Assembly (NCBI RefSeq): GCF_001194135.2
Contig: NC_068984.1
Coordinates: 135,020,842-135,084,841, forward strand
Reading direction: 5' to 3'
DNA: 64,000 nucleotides
Source of the DNA: Octopus bimaculoides
Lineage: Eukaryota
In this document: positions 25,903-39,498 of the stretch, one piece after another
Numbering within the stretch: the stretch's first letter is position 1
Layout of the letters: each line of letters begins with the position of its first letter
The notes under the pieces: generated by a model
The model's database searches: none
Seen by the model: the letters and a program-made list of their open reading frames with translations, nothing else
What the model was told of the DNA's origin: nothing
Made by a program: the position numbers and the translations under genes

Positions 25903-25940
<38 letters not shown>

Positions 25941-26060
25941 ATTCCAGGACTCAAGTTTTTTTTTCTGCATTTGGAACTTGTTCGATCGATAGCTTCTGCC
26001 AAATCACTAAATTGACGTAAACAAACCAACACCATTTGCCAAGCACTGTTGGGGTGTATG
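25845..26060 (-). mobile_element. decayed SINE family A body interrupted by an A35 run (25904-25938)
   Basis: TTTCAATCATTG..GC.ATGCTGG.GC.AC.CCTTGAAG and CTAAATTGACGTAAACAAACCAACACC correspond to the family A tail and body. Confidence 0.5.
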
Positions 26061-26472
26061 TATGACAAAATGTGACACTAGGGCATACACATATCTATAT
26101 GTTTCACTCTCTCGCTCATAAACACATACATACATACATACATACATACGTACATATATACATGCACTTCCTTATATATATATATATATATATATATNNN
26201 NNNNNNNNNNNNNNNNNNNNNNNNNNNNNNNNNNNNNNNNNNNNNNNNNNNNNNNNNNNNNNNNNNNNNNNNNNNNNNNNNNNNNNNNNNNNNNNNNNNN
26301 NNNNNNNNNNNNNNNNNNNNNNNNNNNNNNNNNNNNNNNNNNNNNNNNNNNNNNNNNNNNNNNNNNNNNNNNNNNNNNNNNNNNNNNNNNNNNNNNNNNN
26401 NNNNNNNNNNNNNNNNNNNNNNNNNNNNNNNNNNNNNNNNNNNNNNNNNNNNNNNNNNNNNNNNNNNNNNNN

Positions 26473-26524
<52 letters not shown>

Positions 26525-29182
26525 CGGGGGGCTCATTATAACAGCGTAAAATGTTCTTAACTATAGTGTACAATAGACATAACGAGCGCAGAAACACTTA
26601 GAGACACATACATACACATAGAATTCATAATATTGAACATAGCGAAACGTACACATACGAAGTTCAAGCAAAACGAAATACCTGTGTAAAACATACATTC
26701 TGTAGCATAGTTTGCTATAAATAAAATTTTAGAGCATATTTCCAAAATGAATGTTCCAGCGTTGGAAAGTCACCAACTTAGAAAAAGTTTCTATGTATCC
26801 CAATGTAACAAAGTACAGGAAGGCAACATTTATTTGGAACATGTACTAAATTTTATAAAATTCACGATAGAATGAATGTCACGGCGAAGAATGCGAAACT
26901 CCAAGAAAATTCAGAAGTCATAATTCAATTTTTCACACAGAAATAATTTATTACTTTAGAATTTTGAAACGAACGCTGAACAAAATGTATAGAAAGGAAT
27001 ATGTTGCTGTTGCGAACGTTAATTTAAAAGAATTGTGGAAGGATGTATGTAGCAAGACATAAATGAATTTGACATTACTATATATTTTAACTGTGTAAGA
27101 TTACAGGCTGAAGAATTAATACTGACTAACGCAGTAAAAAAGGTTGTGCGGCGTCGAGTACTCACAGAGAAGAAACAGTATAGCAGAAATACGATAAGGA
27201 CGCTAGGACTGTTAAAAAAGTATTATCCTCAAAATGGTTATAAGGAATGGAATAGCATTTCTGTAATTTATTGAAAGAACCGTTAAGGCTTTCTATTTCT
27301 CCAAGTTTCCGAATTTGTTATAATAACCAGAAAAATATATTTTTGAGATATATTTGCGAGTAGTGTGAGTGCTGTCAAATCAGCTAAATCTTCAGCATGG
27401 TGGTACTTCAAAGTGAACGCTGTTGTTTGTTCAACGTCCAGGCCGCAACTAAACTAAATTGTTTGAATCTCGGCGGGTTTCACTGTTGGGCGGTACAGTC
27501 ACATACATATATAGACAGACACACATAAACATACATTAACGCACACTACAAGTCTATCTTTGTCCCTGTGTCTGTGTCTGTCTTTGTTTTAAGATATATG
27601 TTTGTGTGTGTGTCAGTCTTCATAAAAATGTATGTCTACTGACAGACACATACACTGTCACAAACATTTACTTGTCAGTCATCGCTCTAACGTACATAAT
27701 GAACATCGTCGTTGTGGTGGTGATATAAAATGTTTACGATAGGTGACTAAATGAAAAATTATAATGTTAATTTTTTGTAATGCAAATATGTGAATGAAGT
27801 TTAGTTGGTAGCTGAAAGCTTACTGAATCTTTTGACACCCTATGAGTCAAAATCGGCAACTCAGTTTTGGAATGCATAGGGAACGTAAGCACCTACACAA
27901 ACACATACAAACGTTCTTTTATAGCTATATAATGTACATTATATATATATATATATNNNNNNNNNNNNNNNNNNNNNNNNNNNNNNNNNNNNNNNNNNNN
28001 NNNNNTGTATGTATATATATACACATATACACACACACATAAACACATATATAATAAGGATCTATAACTCAGGAAAAAGATAATCTCGCGTATTTATCAA
28101 CAAAATGATTCTATTTATCAAAGCATGTAGTATTACATCCGATTTTATCAATTGGTTTCGTGCCATACCTGAACTCTCAGAAAAGCACGTGGTATTATTT
28201 ATCCGTTCTGTTATCTAGCATCTTGCATGTGGGTTTTAACACGTAGTTCGAAACCGATGGGTAACATGGATAGTAACGTATCTATAATACTGTATACCTT
28301 GAAATCTTACACAAGAAAAAAAATAGGAAAGCCCATATATTTTCCGACATGATTCATATTTTTAATTTACCTCGAAAATGCCTTGGATAACAGTTAAGAT
28401 AATCAATATATTTCCAAAGTCGTAGATTATTGCTGATTTAGTTTCCAGCTCATTGATCATCATAACTCATAACTTTTTAAAATCTTGCTTTATTTTTATT
28501 TATTTATTTATTTTTATCAGCTATCGTGGTAGAATAAAATCATGTTCGCCAATAATGAAAAACAAACCGGAATCTTAATGTTATTCTTTAGGCAAAATAA
28601 TTAAAATTGCAATTTTAATTGGTCATATAATCCCAAATTTTAAAACCGTATCAGAAACGCGTGGCATGCATATCCTGGAGGAAATAGTGCAAATTACGGT
28701 ATTAAGGAAAAATGGAAAAGCAATCCCTCCTGTACTTAAATAAATGTTTTATAAAATCTCTCATCAAATATTATGTATTTAATATGATTTAATACTCAGG
28801 GATTTATGTTTAATTTATTGAACTTCTTGGATTATTGTGGGTTTCTTTTCTCTTGTTTCTACTGTTATAATCTTCTGGATTCGTTACTGGTAGGATGCTG
28901 TATATTTCAGAATTCTAAACAGTGATTACACTAGACTGGATAAACTTTAATTTGATGAAGCCGTGAAGACAATAGAAATCGAAACAGTTTACACTTGCAC
29001 GCTTTTACTTGTGTCAATAATGGGGCTGCGCCCAGACGGAGCTCTTATTTTAAAGGTTTAATCAGCGAAGTCGGGTTCTGTCCCATCGGGTAATTATTGT
29101 ATTTTTTTACGAGTAGGTAGTTATATCACGCATGCACATTTGTCTCTCAGTCAGAGGCAATGACAAAAACACACGCACGTAC

Positions 29183-29213
<31 letters not shown>

Positions 29214-29829
29214 GAGAGACCGAAAAAGAGAGACAGAGAAAGAGAGAGAGAGATGCGTGCGCACAACACACACAAACATACATATCAAACGTACACATGC
29301 ACAATGCATCTCCGCACAAAATACGTCTAGAACTTCTTAAACCACACAAATATACGTTGTTTTATTAGCGACTGCTTCTTAAAGGGAGAGATTGGCTTCG
29401 ACGTTCGTTGCTGTTATGTTGAGGGATCTATGAAAAGATTCTTCTTTCAGTTCTCATTTCCAGAGGCTGACAATGATAATAACAGAGTCAATAGCACAGA
29501 AATTTTAAAAGTTGACAAATATCAGTATCTTTCTAGAGAACTGAGGAGACTGTAAACACGTAAAAGTAGACTGAAACACGTAGAATACTGAAAACATTAG
29601 ACCAGTAAGAAACCTCATCGAGATTAGGATTCAACACAAAGAATCTCGTAACGTCTCATCGTGAAGGAGAAGAAACAGGATGAGGTCCTCTTTATTATAG
29701 CTAACCACACCATTCTACCATTCCATCAATGGTAGAAAAATAACTTGAACGGTGTATGACAACTTTCTGAGTGAGACACAAATGTAAAATGAAGCCAAAG
29801 TAATTTCAAAACAGAACTTGTAGGCAATA

Positions 29830-30077
29830 TATATTTCAGGACTCTCTGGCAAGTATAAATCTACTGCCGGCCATTCATGCTGATACTGAAGTGCCTCTGG
29901 TCTTTGCTGATATACGATATTAGTATTATGACAGTGGAAATGATGGCGGCCAAGAGGATTAAATGCAGAAAGACTTGGCTGCTCTGGTCAGCTGAGCAAT
30001 CCTCAATGGCGTTGCTCTTTACTGTCGCCAGTTCTAGATTGATTCAATCTGTCGTTAATCGCGAAATCATTCATAGT

Positions 30078-30114
<37 letters not shown>

Positions 30115-30130
30115 NNNNNNNNNNNNNNNN

Positions 30131-30192
<62 letters not shown>

Positions 30193-30290
30193 TGTTTGTG
30201 TGTGTGTGTGTCTGTGTGCCTGCGTGTGTGTATTTGCGTGTATGAGTGGGAGATCTGGGCATAATATTAAAGTGCATCTGATGTAGAGGC
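29830..30290 (+). mobile_element. CR1/L2-like LINE RT fragment, decayed and split by a microsatellite/N-gap
   Basis: INLLPAIHADTEVPLVFAD (cf. INDLP...LFADD), MQKDLAALVS*AILN (cf. LQ.DLD.L..WA..N), and after the gap GDLGII (cf. KDLGV.I). Confidence 0.4.
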
Positions 30291-30436
30291 TCCAGTTCGG
30301 GGAGTTGTAGGTTTTTGTGGAGCGTGAAATCATCCCTTAATTACTATTACTCACCGTCATTTCAGTTCTTGATCCGTTTTGGAAAGTAAATCAAAACAAC
30401 GAGGCCATCATCTGACAAAACGAGGCAATGAACATC

Positions 30437-30438
<2 letters not shown>

Positions 30439-30501
<63 letters not shown>

Positions 30502-30519
30502 TTATCTATCTATCTATCT
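30439..30519. repeat. (TATC)n tetranucleotide microsatellite
   Basis: Direct reading; similar tracts at ~14297-14345, 36188-36228, 45790-45820. Confidence 0.95.
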
Positions 30520-30579
30520 CATTCTCTTTTTCTCTCTCTCCCCTCTCTCTCTATATATATTTAAATATATAAATGTGTG

Positions 30580-30621
<42 letters not shown>

Positions 30622-32016
30622 TAGATAAATATGTACCTCTTTACAATAAAACGTTCTTCAAACCTGCATAAAGAAATGAACGCCTCAGAGGCGGGTTATT
30701 TATATAGGTAATATGAAATTATAGTCTATCGCAATAGTAGTTCTTTTACTGTAAACTGTAATTACGTATTAATACGCACATACATACACGTGTATTTATA
30801 TGAATGTGTTTATGAACATATATGTGTGCATGCATACATATATTTTTGTACATTTAGACAGGCATACATACATTGAAACACACATGCCAGCATACACACA
30901 TATTATATGCATGTGTGTATACGCATAAATATCTAGTAGTTCTCTTTATGATGTAATCAGAATCTTAAATAATCATTAATTGTAAGCTACAAGTCGTGGC
31001 TGCTTGAAAAAATCATAATATAAGGGAGTGCTATTGATATGAATGGATGTTACTTGGTTTAACGACAGAATCGGTTTGAATGATGGTAAGACGTTTAGCT
31101 ATAAGCGAAAATAATTAAAGAGAGAAAATCTCAGAAGTTTTCTTAAATTCATCATTAAATGAAAACAGTTGAACATCATCAAGTAAATCGGAAACGTTTT
31201 AAGTTAGAAATAATGCACTGCTTCACTAATGAATGTCAAAAGATTGTTAGAGCTGGCGTTGATAAGGCGATAATAATAATATAATTATGACATTTGTAAC
31301 AATTTCCTCTTCTTCAGTTCTTCAACTCTTACTCGCTCTTTCAATGAATTCAGACCAAAAGGTTATCCTGCCCTTCTCTATTCAGTTGATTAGGAAGTTG
31401 TTAGAGAATCACTGGATTTGTGTTCATTCGGTGCTAAAATCTATTAATTTCATGATTAAAGTAACTACATAAGATTTATTTGTTTATATCTTCCATATAT
31501 ATTAGCAGCATTATATTATGTTTCCATTGCAGGTCTAAAAATTTCATTGTAATTATGTATTTGTGAAACAGACATTGTTCATAGTGACTTCTGCATGTAG
31601 TGAACTCTCTGCTTACAGAAATACTCATTAACTCACTATAACGTTGATTATGTATGTATATCTAATTGCGTAATTGAAGAAAAAAAGGAAACTGCCAGAT
31701 ACATTTCACACCAATCTTTACTCCCATCCTTATTAACCCATGACTCACACTATATCTTATTCCAAACAAATACTTGGTATAATGAAACACGAATATTTCA
31801 CACCTCAGACCACGGCTGACATTGCAAGAATGAAATTCAAAATGAGCGAGAGAAGGCAAGAAATGAAGGTGCGAGTAAGGGGGAAAATCAAGGATTAAGC
31901 CGTAACTAAAATCACTCTCACATGGCAAGACACAAATACTGTAGTCATTTTGCCTTTACTGTTATAGTTGGCCCTTACATATAATACACAAACGACTATC
32001 GTAATCAAATAGTGCG

Positions 32017-32049
<33 letters not shown>

Positions 32050-32882
32050 ACGCATTTTATTAAACCGGATGGCGAATTTCAACATCGGTGACTTTTCAAT
32101 AACTGCTATCATGTAAATAGCTACTAAATATAGCAGTGTAACACCATTGGATATGGCAATTGTACATATCAAACACATGCCTGATATCTGGTATGTACAT
32201 ATTAATGACTTCGATCGCCTTGTTGTTTACATTAAATGTATTCGGATATGAAACGTCTTAACAAATCGGTACGTGCTATAATTTCGAAAGAAAATCTGTC
32301 AAAGAAACGTTAACATGTGATTTAATAGCATGGCTAACACAGTAGGATACACTATTGACTTATAAAGCGGTTAATATACCTTGTAGTATATTAGAGTTGT
32401 ATAACGAAAAACGGTGATCCTACAAGTCATTAACAGGTGGCTATATTAATCTAATATTAACGGATCCGTGCTTACATAAGAAATACTGATTTAATACATC
32501 AGTCTTTCATCCCGCCATTGACAGTTTCAGCTTTTGTTAGTAGTATTGCATATGGTTGCTGCAAATGACCTGAGCATTCTATGCGAAAATATGATGAAAG
32601 TATAAATTTGTTCAAAGCGTATTTAGAAAACCGAGAGCAAGATGTAGATGTTTACATAACATAGCCCTACACATGCAACTCTTTGGTAATTCTGATAGTC
32701 TCGTTTGTATTTCTATACATACTATCAACAAGCTAGGTTTCAGGTAGGCTTTCCCATATATTCCTATTCTGGCTTCAGTCATGCTGGGCCACATAGATCG
32801 CATATACATATATCCAAAAACCTATACTCACAAAACCGTATACTTATGTGCGTGTGTATGTGTGCATAAAGTCTGTCATACC

Positions 32883-32922
32883 GGCCATGACGAAGGGAAA
32901 TAGCCCTGAAACTCGAGTCGCC
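32883..32922 (+). ncRNA. minimal type-I hammerhead motif with a 1-nt insertion in the core
   Basis: GGC-C(A)TGACGA-AGGG-AAATAG-CCCT-GAAA-C-TCGA-GTC-GCC. Helix I GGC/GCC, 4-bp helix II, palindromic ACTCGAGT, GUC triplet. Confidence 0.55.
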
Positions 32923-33380
32923 TTTATATATTTATATTTATATATTTGATCCTTTATATTGAACACTCAATATTTCATCTACATTCAATACTTTCTTTCA
33001 TGGTGCCATCCATTTTTATTTTATTTTATTTTATATCATATATTGTATTTTATATTATATATTGTATATTCCATATTCTATACCCCACATTGGTTCTGCA
33101 GGAATATAAATAAAACATAAAAAACAGACAGTGTTGGAACTCTTTTAAACAAAATAATATATATATATATATATGTCTCTCTCTCTCTCTCTCTCTGTGT
33201 TTGTGTGTGTGTATATATATANNNNNNNNNNNNNNNNNNNNNNNNNNNNNNNNNNNNNNNNNNNNNNNNNNNNNNNNNNNNNNNNNNNNNNNNNNNNNNN
33301 NNNNNNNNNNNNNNNNNNNNNNNNNNNNNNNNNNNNNNNNNNNNNNNNNNNNNNNNNNNNNNNNNNNNNNNNNNNNNNNN

Positions 33381-33505
33381 GTGTGGTAAGTAGCTTGCTT
33401 ACCAACCAAATGGCTCCGAGTTCAGTCCCACTGCGTGGCACCTTGGGCAAGTGTTTTTACTATAACCTCGGGCCGACCAAAGCTTTGTGAATGGATTTGG
33501 TAGAC

Positions 33506-33540
<35 letters not shown>

Positions 33541-33772
33541 CGTGTATGTGCGTGCGTGTGTGTTTCTTTGTGTGTGTGTGTCCTCCCAACATCGCTTGAC
33601 AACCGATGCTTGTGTGTTAACGTCCCCGTAACTTAGCGGTTCGGCAAAATAGACCGATAGAATAAGTACTAGGCTTACAACGAATAAGTCCTGGGGTCGA
33701 TTTGCTCGAGTAAAGGCGGTGCTCCAACATGGCCGCAGTCAAAATGACTGAAACATGTAAAAGAATATAAGA
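33381..33772 (+). mobile_element. tRNA-derived SINE family A (5' end in N-gap)
   Basis: Near-identical to the reverse complement of 12841-13263, with a ~27-nt deletion before the internal microsatellite. Confidence 0.9.
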
Positions 33773-34168
33773 ATATTTATATACATATACATACACACAC
33801 ATTTATCTACGTATGTATACACACATACTGTCTTATTTATACAAATATACAATTTATCAATATATTATTTCATATTAACTGTTATAATCTATTATCCAGA
33901 TAGACGCTTGTATGTGACTCAGTTTTTGTTCGGATCCACGTCTGTGGGTGAATGCTTGCAGAGATTCTTTTGTTAGCGCTATTTGATTGTGTCTAAATAA
34001 TTCGTTTACTAAGAAAGACAGCTATTCGTCCGTTCCTCTATCTCCAAATCACGATTCAATTGCTCCTTGGCGATGCTTTTCCTGAAACAATAAGCTATAT
34101 TAAATTAGGATAACCGGAATTATACGGCACAAAATATAATCGAAAGCCTAATAATATAGCAATTCTGT

Positions 34169-34228
<60 letters not shown>

Positions 34229-35087
34229 ATACTCAAAACAAAAAAAATTTTGATCCTAAGACAATATTACTTACGATATATGCGTAATAAATTATATATA
34301 TTTATCCTACATAAAATTACACAAGATATGTATAAACATACATGATGTGCATTATCAATATACTATTCAACAATTCAGCCTCAATAACCGAGATCAGATT
34401 TGTTATAATACATTGAAAATGATAACCTATGCTGAACCTGGGCAGCTCACATATAAATTTAACGTGCAAAGAGGCGTATGCTCTTAAAGTTATTCGCAAA
34501 TAGAATTCGTATCACATAAAGTGATATGACTGGTTATTTGAATCATTCGTAGAGTCTATCCAGGTGGTAGCCTTTATGCAGTTTCCGTCCACACAGATTC
34601 ACTTACATGTTTCTGGTAGATCTGAGTCTGTAGTAAATGCAGTTGCCTAAGATACCATGCATTGTGGCGAATTCAACTTTTTAACTCCTTAGCAATACCT
34701 GCGTCAACAACGTAATGGTAATATGTCATACAAACTAACCGAAAAATACCAAATATTTTTAATGTTGAATAGAAACACGTTGGGAATATAGAAGAAACAA
34801 TGACGTGCTTGGAATTGAAAATTTTACAGTGAAATAATACGCACACAATTCTGTAACAATATTGATTTTTTTTCTTTACATCCGAAATTATAGAGTACCG
34901 TTCCAGAATTTTGAAATGTCTGTTAAGTGTTTGAAATGCAGTGTTGCCTTTTTGAGGATGCAGTGCATCGAAAGTGAATTTCTTGGCAAAGCAAGGATTA
35001 TATGAAAAGTGCTTAGAAACGAGTTTGCTAGATGTAACTCGATATCATGTAATCCACAACTGGCGAAACAAGAAAAAATGTGAATGA

Positions 35088-35099
35088 AACAACAGCAAT

Positions 35100-35131
<32 letters not shown>

Positions 35132-35187
35132 AAACAATAATAATAATAATAATAATAATACTAATAGTAATAATAATAATAATAATG

Positions 35188-35233
<46 letters not shown>

Positions 35234-35236
35234 TGA
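35088..35236. repeat. compound (AAC)n(TAA)n microsatellite
   Basis: Direct reading; source of the poly-T/I/L/V ORFs. Another (CTA)n(TAA)n tract at 36436-36508. Confidence 0.95.
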
Positions 35237-35670
35237 TTTCATTTATTTGCCTCAAGAGCGAAGGATAATAATAATGATAGTAACTGCAGCACCCGAGACG
35301 TTTAACACGTGAGGACAATAAAACGCTGCTCTTAAATCTATCCAAAAACATCCGGAATAAAAACAACACATGGAACCTGAAATAGCCGACAAAGTATTGG
35401 ATTATATCCGATTAATTAATTATGATTGAAATTTATTTCTATTTTCCAGTTGAAATGATGTATTTTAGCTGTGTACCTTCTCCATTACTCGCACACATGT
35501 ATAAGTACTCTCGCTACATATTGGTTCAAATCAATAACAGACCGTTTTCCGTCCCCGAACAGCATAAAGAATGAAAAATAAATTAATCAATACCCGTATT
35601 ATTTAACCCAAGGATAACAAACGGGGAGTGCGTGCATTAAACTTATTACACAGAAAGTACGAAAAATTAA

Positions 35671-35890
35671 GGCGGCGAGCTGGTAGAAACGTTAGCACGC
35701 CGGGCGAAATACTTAGCGTTATTTCGTTCTGAGTTCAAATTCCGCCGGGGTCGACGTTGCCTTTCATTCTTTCGGGGGCGATAAATTAAGTACCAGTTAC
35801 GCATTGGGGTCGATGTAAATGACTTAATCCCTTTGTCTGTCCTTGTTTGTCCCCTCTATGTTTAGTCCCCTGTACGCAATAAAGAAATAA
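35671..35890 (+). mobile_element. tRNA-related SINE family B, full length with 18-bp target-site duplication
   Basis: Head GGCGGCGAGCTGGTAGAAACGTTAGCACGCC, B-box-like GAGTTCAAATTCC, tail AATAAAGAAATAA. Flanked by identical AGAAAGTACGAAAAATTA at 35652-35669 and 35890-35907. Confidence 0.92.
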
Positions 35891-36224
35891 GAAAGTACGA
35901 AAAATTACTCGTGCAAAACCCTTTAACACCAGAAATGAACCAACCGGTAACCTACCAAAATGATGACCATCAAAATAAAGGGTTGAATATTATTCCTCAT
36001 GATCCAGAAATAAAATCATAAAAACAGAAATAGACACAAATAATCTCCGAACTACAAAGATCATGAAATAGGGATACCCGAATGTGGAGCCTAAAACAGA
36101 AACAATCCCTAAAATAAAAGATGCATTGTGTATGATTAAAAATCTTTCAGGGAAATACAAAACCAAAACATCATGACTTACGAATATATCTATCTATCTA
36201 TGTATCTATCTATCTATCTATCTA

Positions 36225-36274
<50 letters not shown>

Positions 36275-36438
36275 ATGCAGAAAATAGCACAAGTAGGCAC
36301 CGCACACATCTTACAAAAAGCACTTTCAATACAGTGAAAATATGAGCACACCATAACAAACCACAGCACATACCCAGGGCACACAGACTGGCGCTCGGTA
36401 GTGCGGTGAAAGCACGTGATAAAAATCATACTACCAAA

Positions 36439-36482
<44 letters not shown>

Positions 36483-36791
36483 ATAATAATAATAATAATA
36501 ATAATAATATGCAGTCCCAGGCACTGGCTATACTGGCCTCTGATCTTAACTGATTGCAAGTGTCATCATGTATTTGATTTGCTTGTCAGTTGCTTGGTCT
36601 TAACCAGTTGAGCATGTCCCTTGGTGGCTGACGATTTGTGAATCTCTCATCACGAGTAGAAGTAGATGGGGAGCATCATCGCCATGTGTTGAAAGGGTTT
36701 CTTTGGGGCTTGAATAATTCACCTCTGGAAACATGTGTTCAACATTCTTTCAATATCCTTAAACAACACTTATTCAGGAACCTCTTGAGTA

Positions 36792-36846
36792 GGAACCTGG
36801 ATTCTCATTCCTAATGTATTTTTCGACGTTGTTGTTGTTGTTGTTG

Positions 36847-36944
<98 letters not shown>

Positions 36945-37026
36945 TATGTCACTGCCTTGAATCGAACTCAGAATCTTGGGGTTAATAGCCCGTGCTCTTA
37001 ACCACTACGCCATATGCCCGTGCCCA
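36792..37026 (-). mobile_element. SINE family D: tRNA head + (TAA)n + start of body (3'-truncated)
   Basis: Minus strand: GGGCATATGGCGTAGTGGTTAAGAGCACGGGCTATTAACCCCAAGATTCTGAGTTCGATTC (A box TGGCGTAGTGG, B box GTTCGATTC), a long (TAA)n(CAA)n tract, then 37 nt matching 37101-37137. Confidence 0.8.
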
Positions 37027-37046
37027 CGATTCCAGGCAGTGACCTC

Positions 37047-37104
<58 letters not shown>

Positions 37105-37244
37105 TCAAAAAATACCTTAGGGATGAGAATCCAGGTTCGATGTTTCCCCAAGGCACCAGCTGAAGGCTGGGGGCGTATATCAGCGGAAACTTTGTGTTAA
37201 CAACAAACAAGATGAGGACAAATACCCGCCAACTGTAAATAATA
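37027..37244 (+). mobile_element. SINE family D: 5'-truncated head, (TAA)n, body and hammerhead-like tail
   Basis: CGATTCCAGGCAGTGACC matches the end of the head of the adjacent minus copy; body 37101-37137 shares 33/37 nt with it. Confidence 0.75.
37152..37198 (+). ncRNA. degenerate minimal hammerhead motif in SINE D tail
   Basis: GGCAC-CAGCTGA-A-GGCTG-GGGGCGTATAT-CAGCG-GAAA-CTTT-GTGTT. Helix I GGCAC/GTGTT, helix II (G)GCTG/CAGC(G), GAAA intact, CUGAUGA core with two substitutions. Confidence 0.45.
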
Positions 37245-37279
37245 TCTCTTAGACAGATCTTAAGAGATAGGGGAAATGG

Positions 37280-37451
37280 TCTAACCTAGCGGCATTTCGT
37301 CCGTATTTGTTTTGGGGTTGAAATACCGGAATCTATTTTGCCTTTCAACATTTTGGGGTTCATTAAATAAGCACCAGCCAAACACTGGCATTGATCTAAT
37401 CGACTTCGTTCCTTCTCCGAAACTGCTGGCCTTGTGCCAAAATTCGAAACC
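37280..37451 (+). mobile_element. decayed SINE family B variant
   Basis: TTTGCCTTTCA..TTTTGGGGT.CATTAAATAAG.ACCAG..CACTGG..GATCTAATCGACTT matches the family B body; tail matches the reverse complement of 52066-52110. Confidence 0.55.
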
Positions 37452-39498
37452 GGTAATTACGGTCTTTCATTATCTATAAGATAAATAAGGATGAAGAAAA
37501 TCGCATATATTGCACCGTGTATACCTACATTTGAATATTTATGAAACAGACAATAAATATATATGCATGCATGTGAACGTAAGCCATAGTTTTTATGTGT
37601 ATGTGTGTGCGTGTCCCTTTGTAAGTGTGCACATGTCTACATGCAAGTATACTTGTGTGTATTTATAAAATAAACGTCCCCGCCATAATACAATGCATTT
37701 AGAATGGAAACTGTGTTACCTGTCTGTGAACGCAAGAAGTGTATTTTAATGGCAATCAAAATGACGAAAATGATGGCAATCGATTAGTGAAAATACTCAG
37801 AGATTTGACAGCATCGTTTCAAGCTAAATTGCCACTTGCTGCAAACAAAATCGTAGAATCCTTTTCAAAAATGTCACTTGAAACTGCTGCAGCAGAAAAT
37901 TCCCAATAACTTTATCATGCTAAAAGATTGCAAAGTAATTTCAACAATGGCACCAGTTAAATAATAAAGAGATATTTCATAAGACAGCCATGCCACTCCA
38001 AATATTTTCGACAATTTCTTACTGTTACTTCTGCAGTAATTTTGGCAGAAGTGACTATCCATTATTGGCATTATTCTATCCATTCATGTCAATGAAGAGA
38101 AAATCACGTTTCCTAAGCAAGCTTATAAGTCTACATTTCAGAAACGTCATTGCGATATATGTAGTATAATATGACATGATATGTGTTTAGTTAAACTGGA
38201 ATGAATTCAGTTTTATGTAGCCGTGTCAGTTTCTAAATACTTTTTAAGCGACACTTTATGCTGTTCATATTTTCACATCACTTCACTTTTCAGCCACGCT
38301 AAATTGCTTCAGACTAGTTTTAATATAATAGGTAATAACAATGATAATATTTATTACTTCTATCGTATTAATAACGGTAATAATAAATGATTTATTTGAA
38401 ACTCTATATTGCAACGAATTTTAACATGTATGTGGACGTATATAATCGGTTTCTCAAGAGTTCACTAATTTTTATAATTGTATTGTTAGCCCAAATACAA
38501 CTGGGTGTGTATATAGAGACGTAAATAAATGAGGTAAGACACCTAAGTAACGAAGCTGATTCTTTTGTAACCCCCTTTCATGCTAGCAAAAATAATAATT
38601 ATAAACTTATTATGGAATAAATGTAAAACAACACAGGAATATCAGTTTCAGAAAGCGAATGAGGAGCTGGATTATTTCTAATTGACAAATAACGTATTGT
38701 TATGAAAACTGGGTGCAACTTTTAAATAAGACCAAGAATGAAGTAATGTGAGAAAATAAATGTGAAAGAATACAGTATCAAGAAGGATGATAGCTTATGG
38801 AAGAGACATATAACTAATGAATACATCTCTAGCCAAGTGGCTCTATGACGAAATATCAACTTCAGAGTCAGATACTATACTCTGCAAGCAAATAGATAAC
38901 AGCGGCAAATGATGTGTAAAGCATAGTTATACATACATGAAGCAGAACACAGACAGAAACAAATGGTCATAGCTCACATGATATCAAACTTTAATAATTT
39001 TCAAAACCCATTGATCATTGAATTGTTAAAAATATAAATATATATTTACCTTGTGTACCATAGCTTGAACAGATTTTACAACCAAATTACCAAAATCTGT
39101 TTTATTAATATACTCTGACTGCTTTTTCCATTTTAATTTTTTTTCCAATTCTTTGCTTTTTATGCGGCTCATAGAACACCAGATAATTTTCATTTAAAGA
39201 ATTGTCTCTCTTTGTTGCTAGTCAGTGAGACCCAGTCCTCACAAATAACTATTTATTCATGCTGTTGTTTGTGTATATATTAAGTAATGTATGTGGATAT
39301 GTGTATGCAAAGATATAGTAAATATAAATGATATCAATAAGTCCACATACATACGTTGAAAATATAGAGATTGGTAAATGACTTTGAAATTTATCGATGA
39401 TAAATTATATTAACGTTCTGTGAAACATAACTTTGAAGAATATTGACTCTCGCAGTATTGAAACATTTCTGGAGAATAGCAAGGGAGATGCGCCTGGA

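Noticed and set aside
28953-28992. TTGATGA-AGCC...ATC-GAAAC hammerhead-like string
   Set aside because: No pairing helix II or helix I, and no NUH in register.
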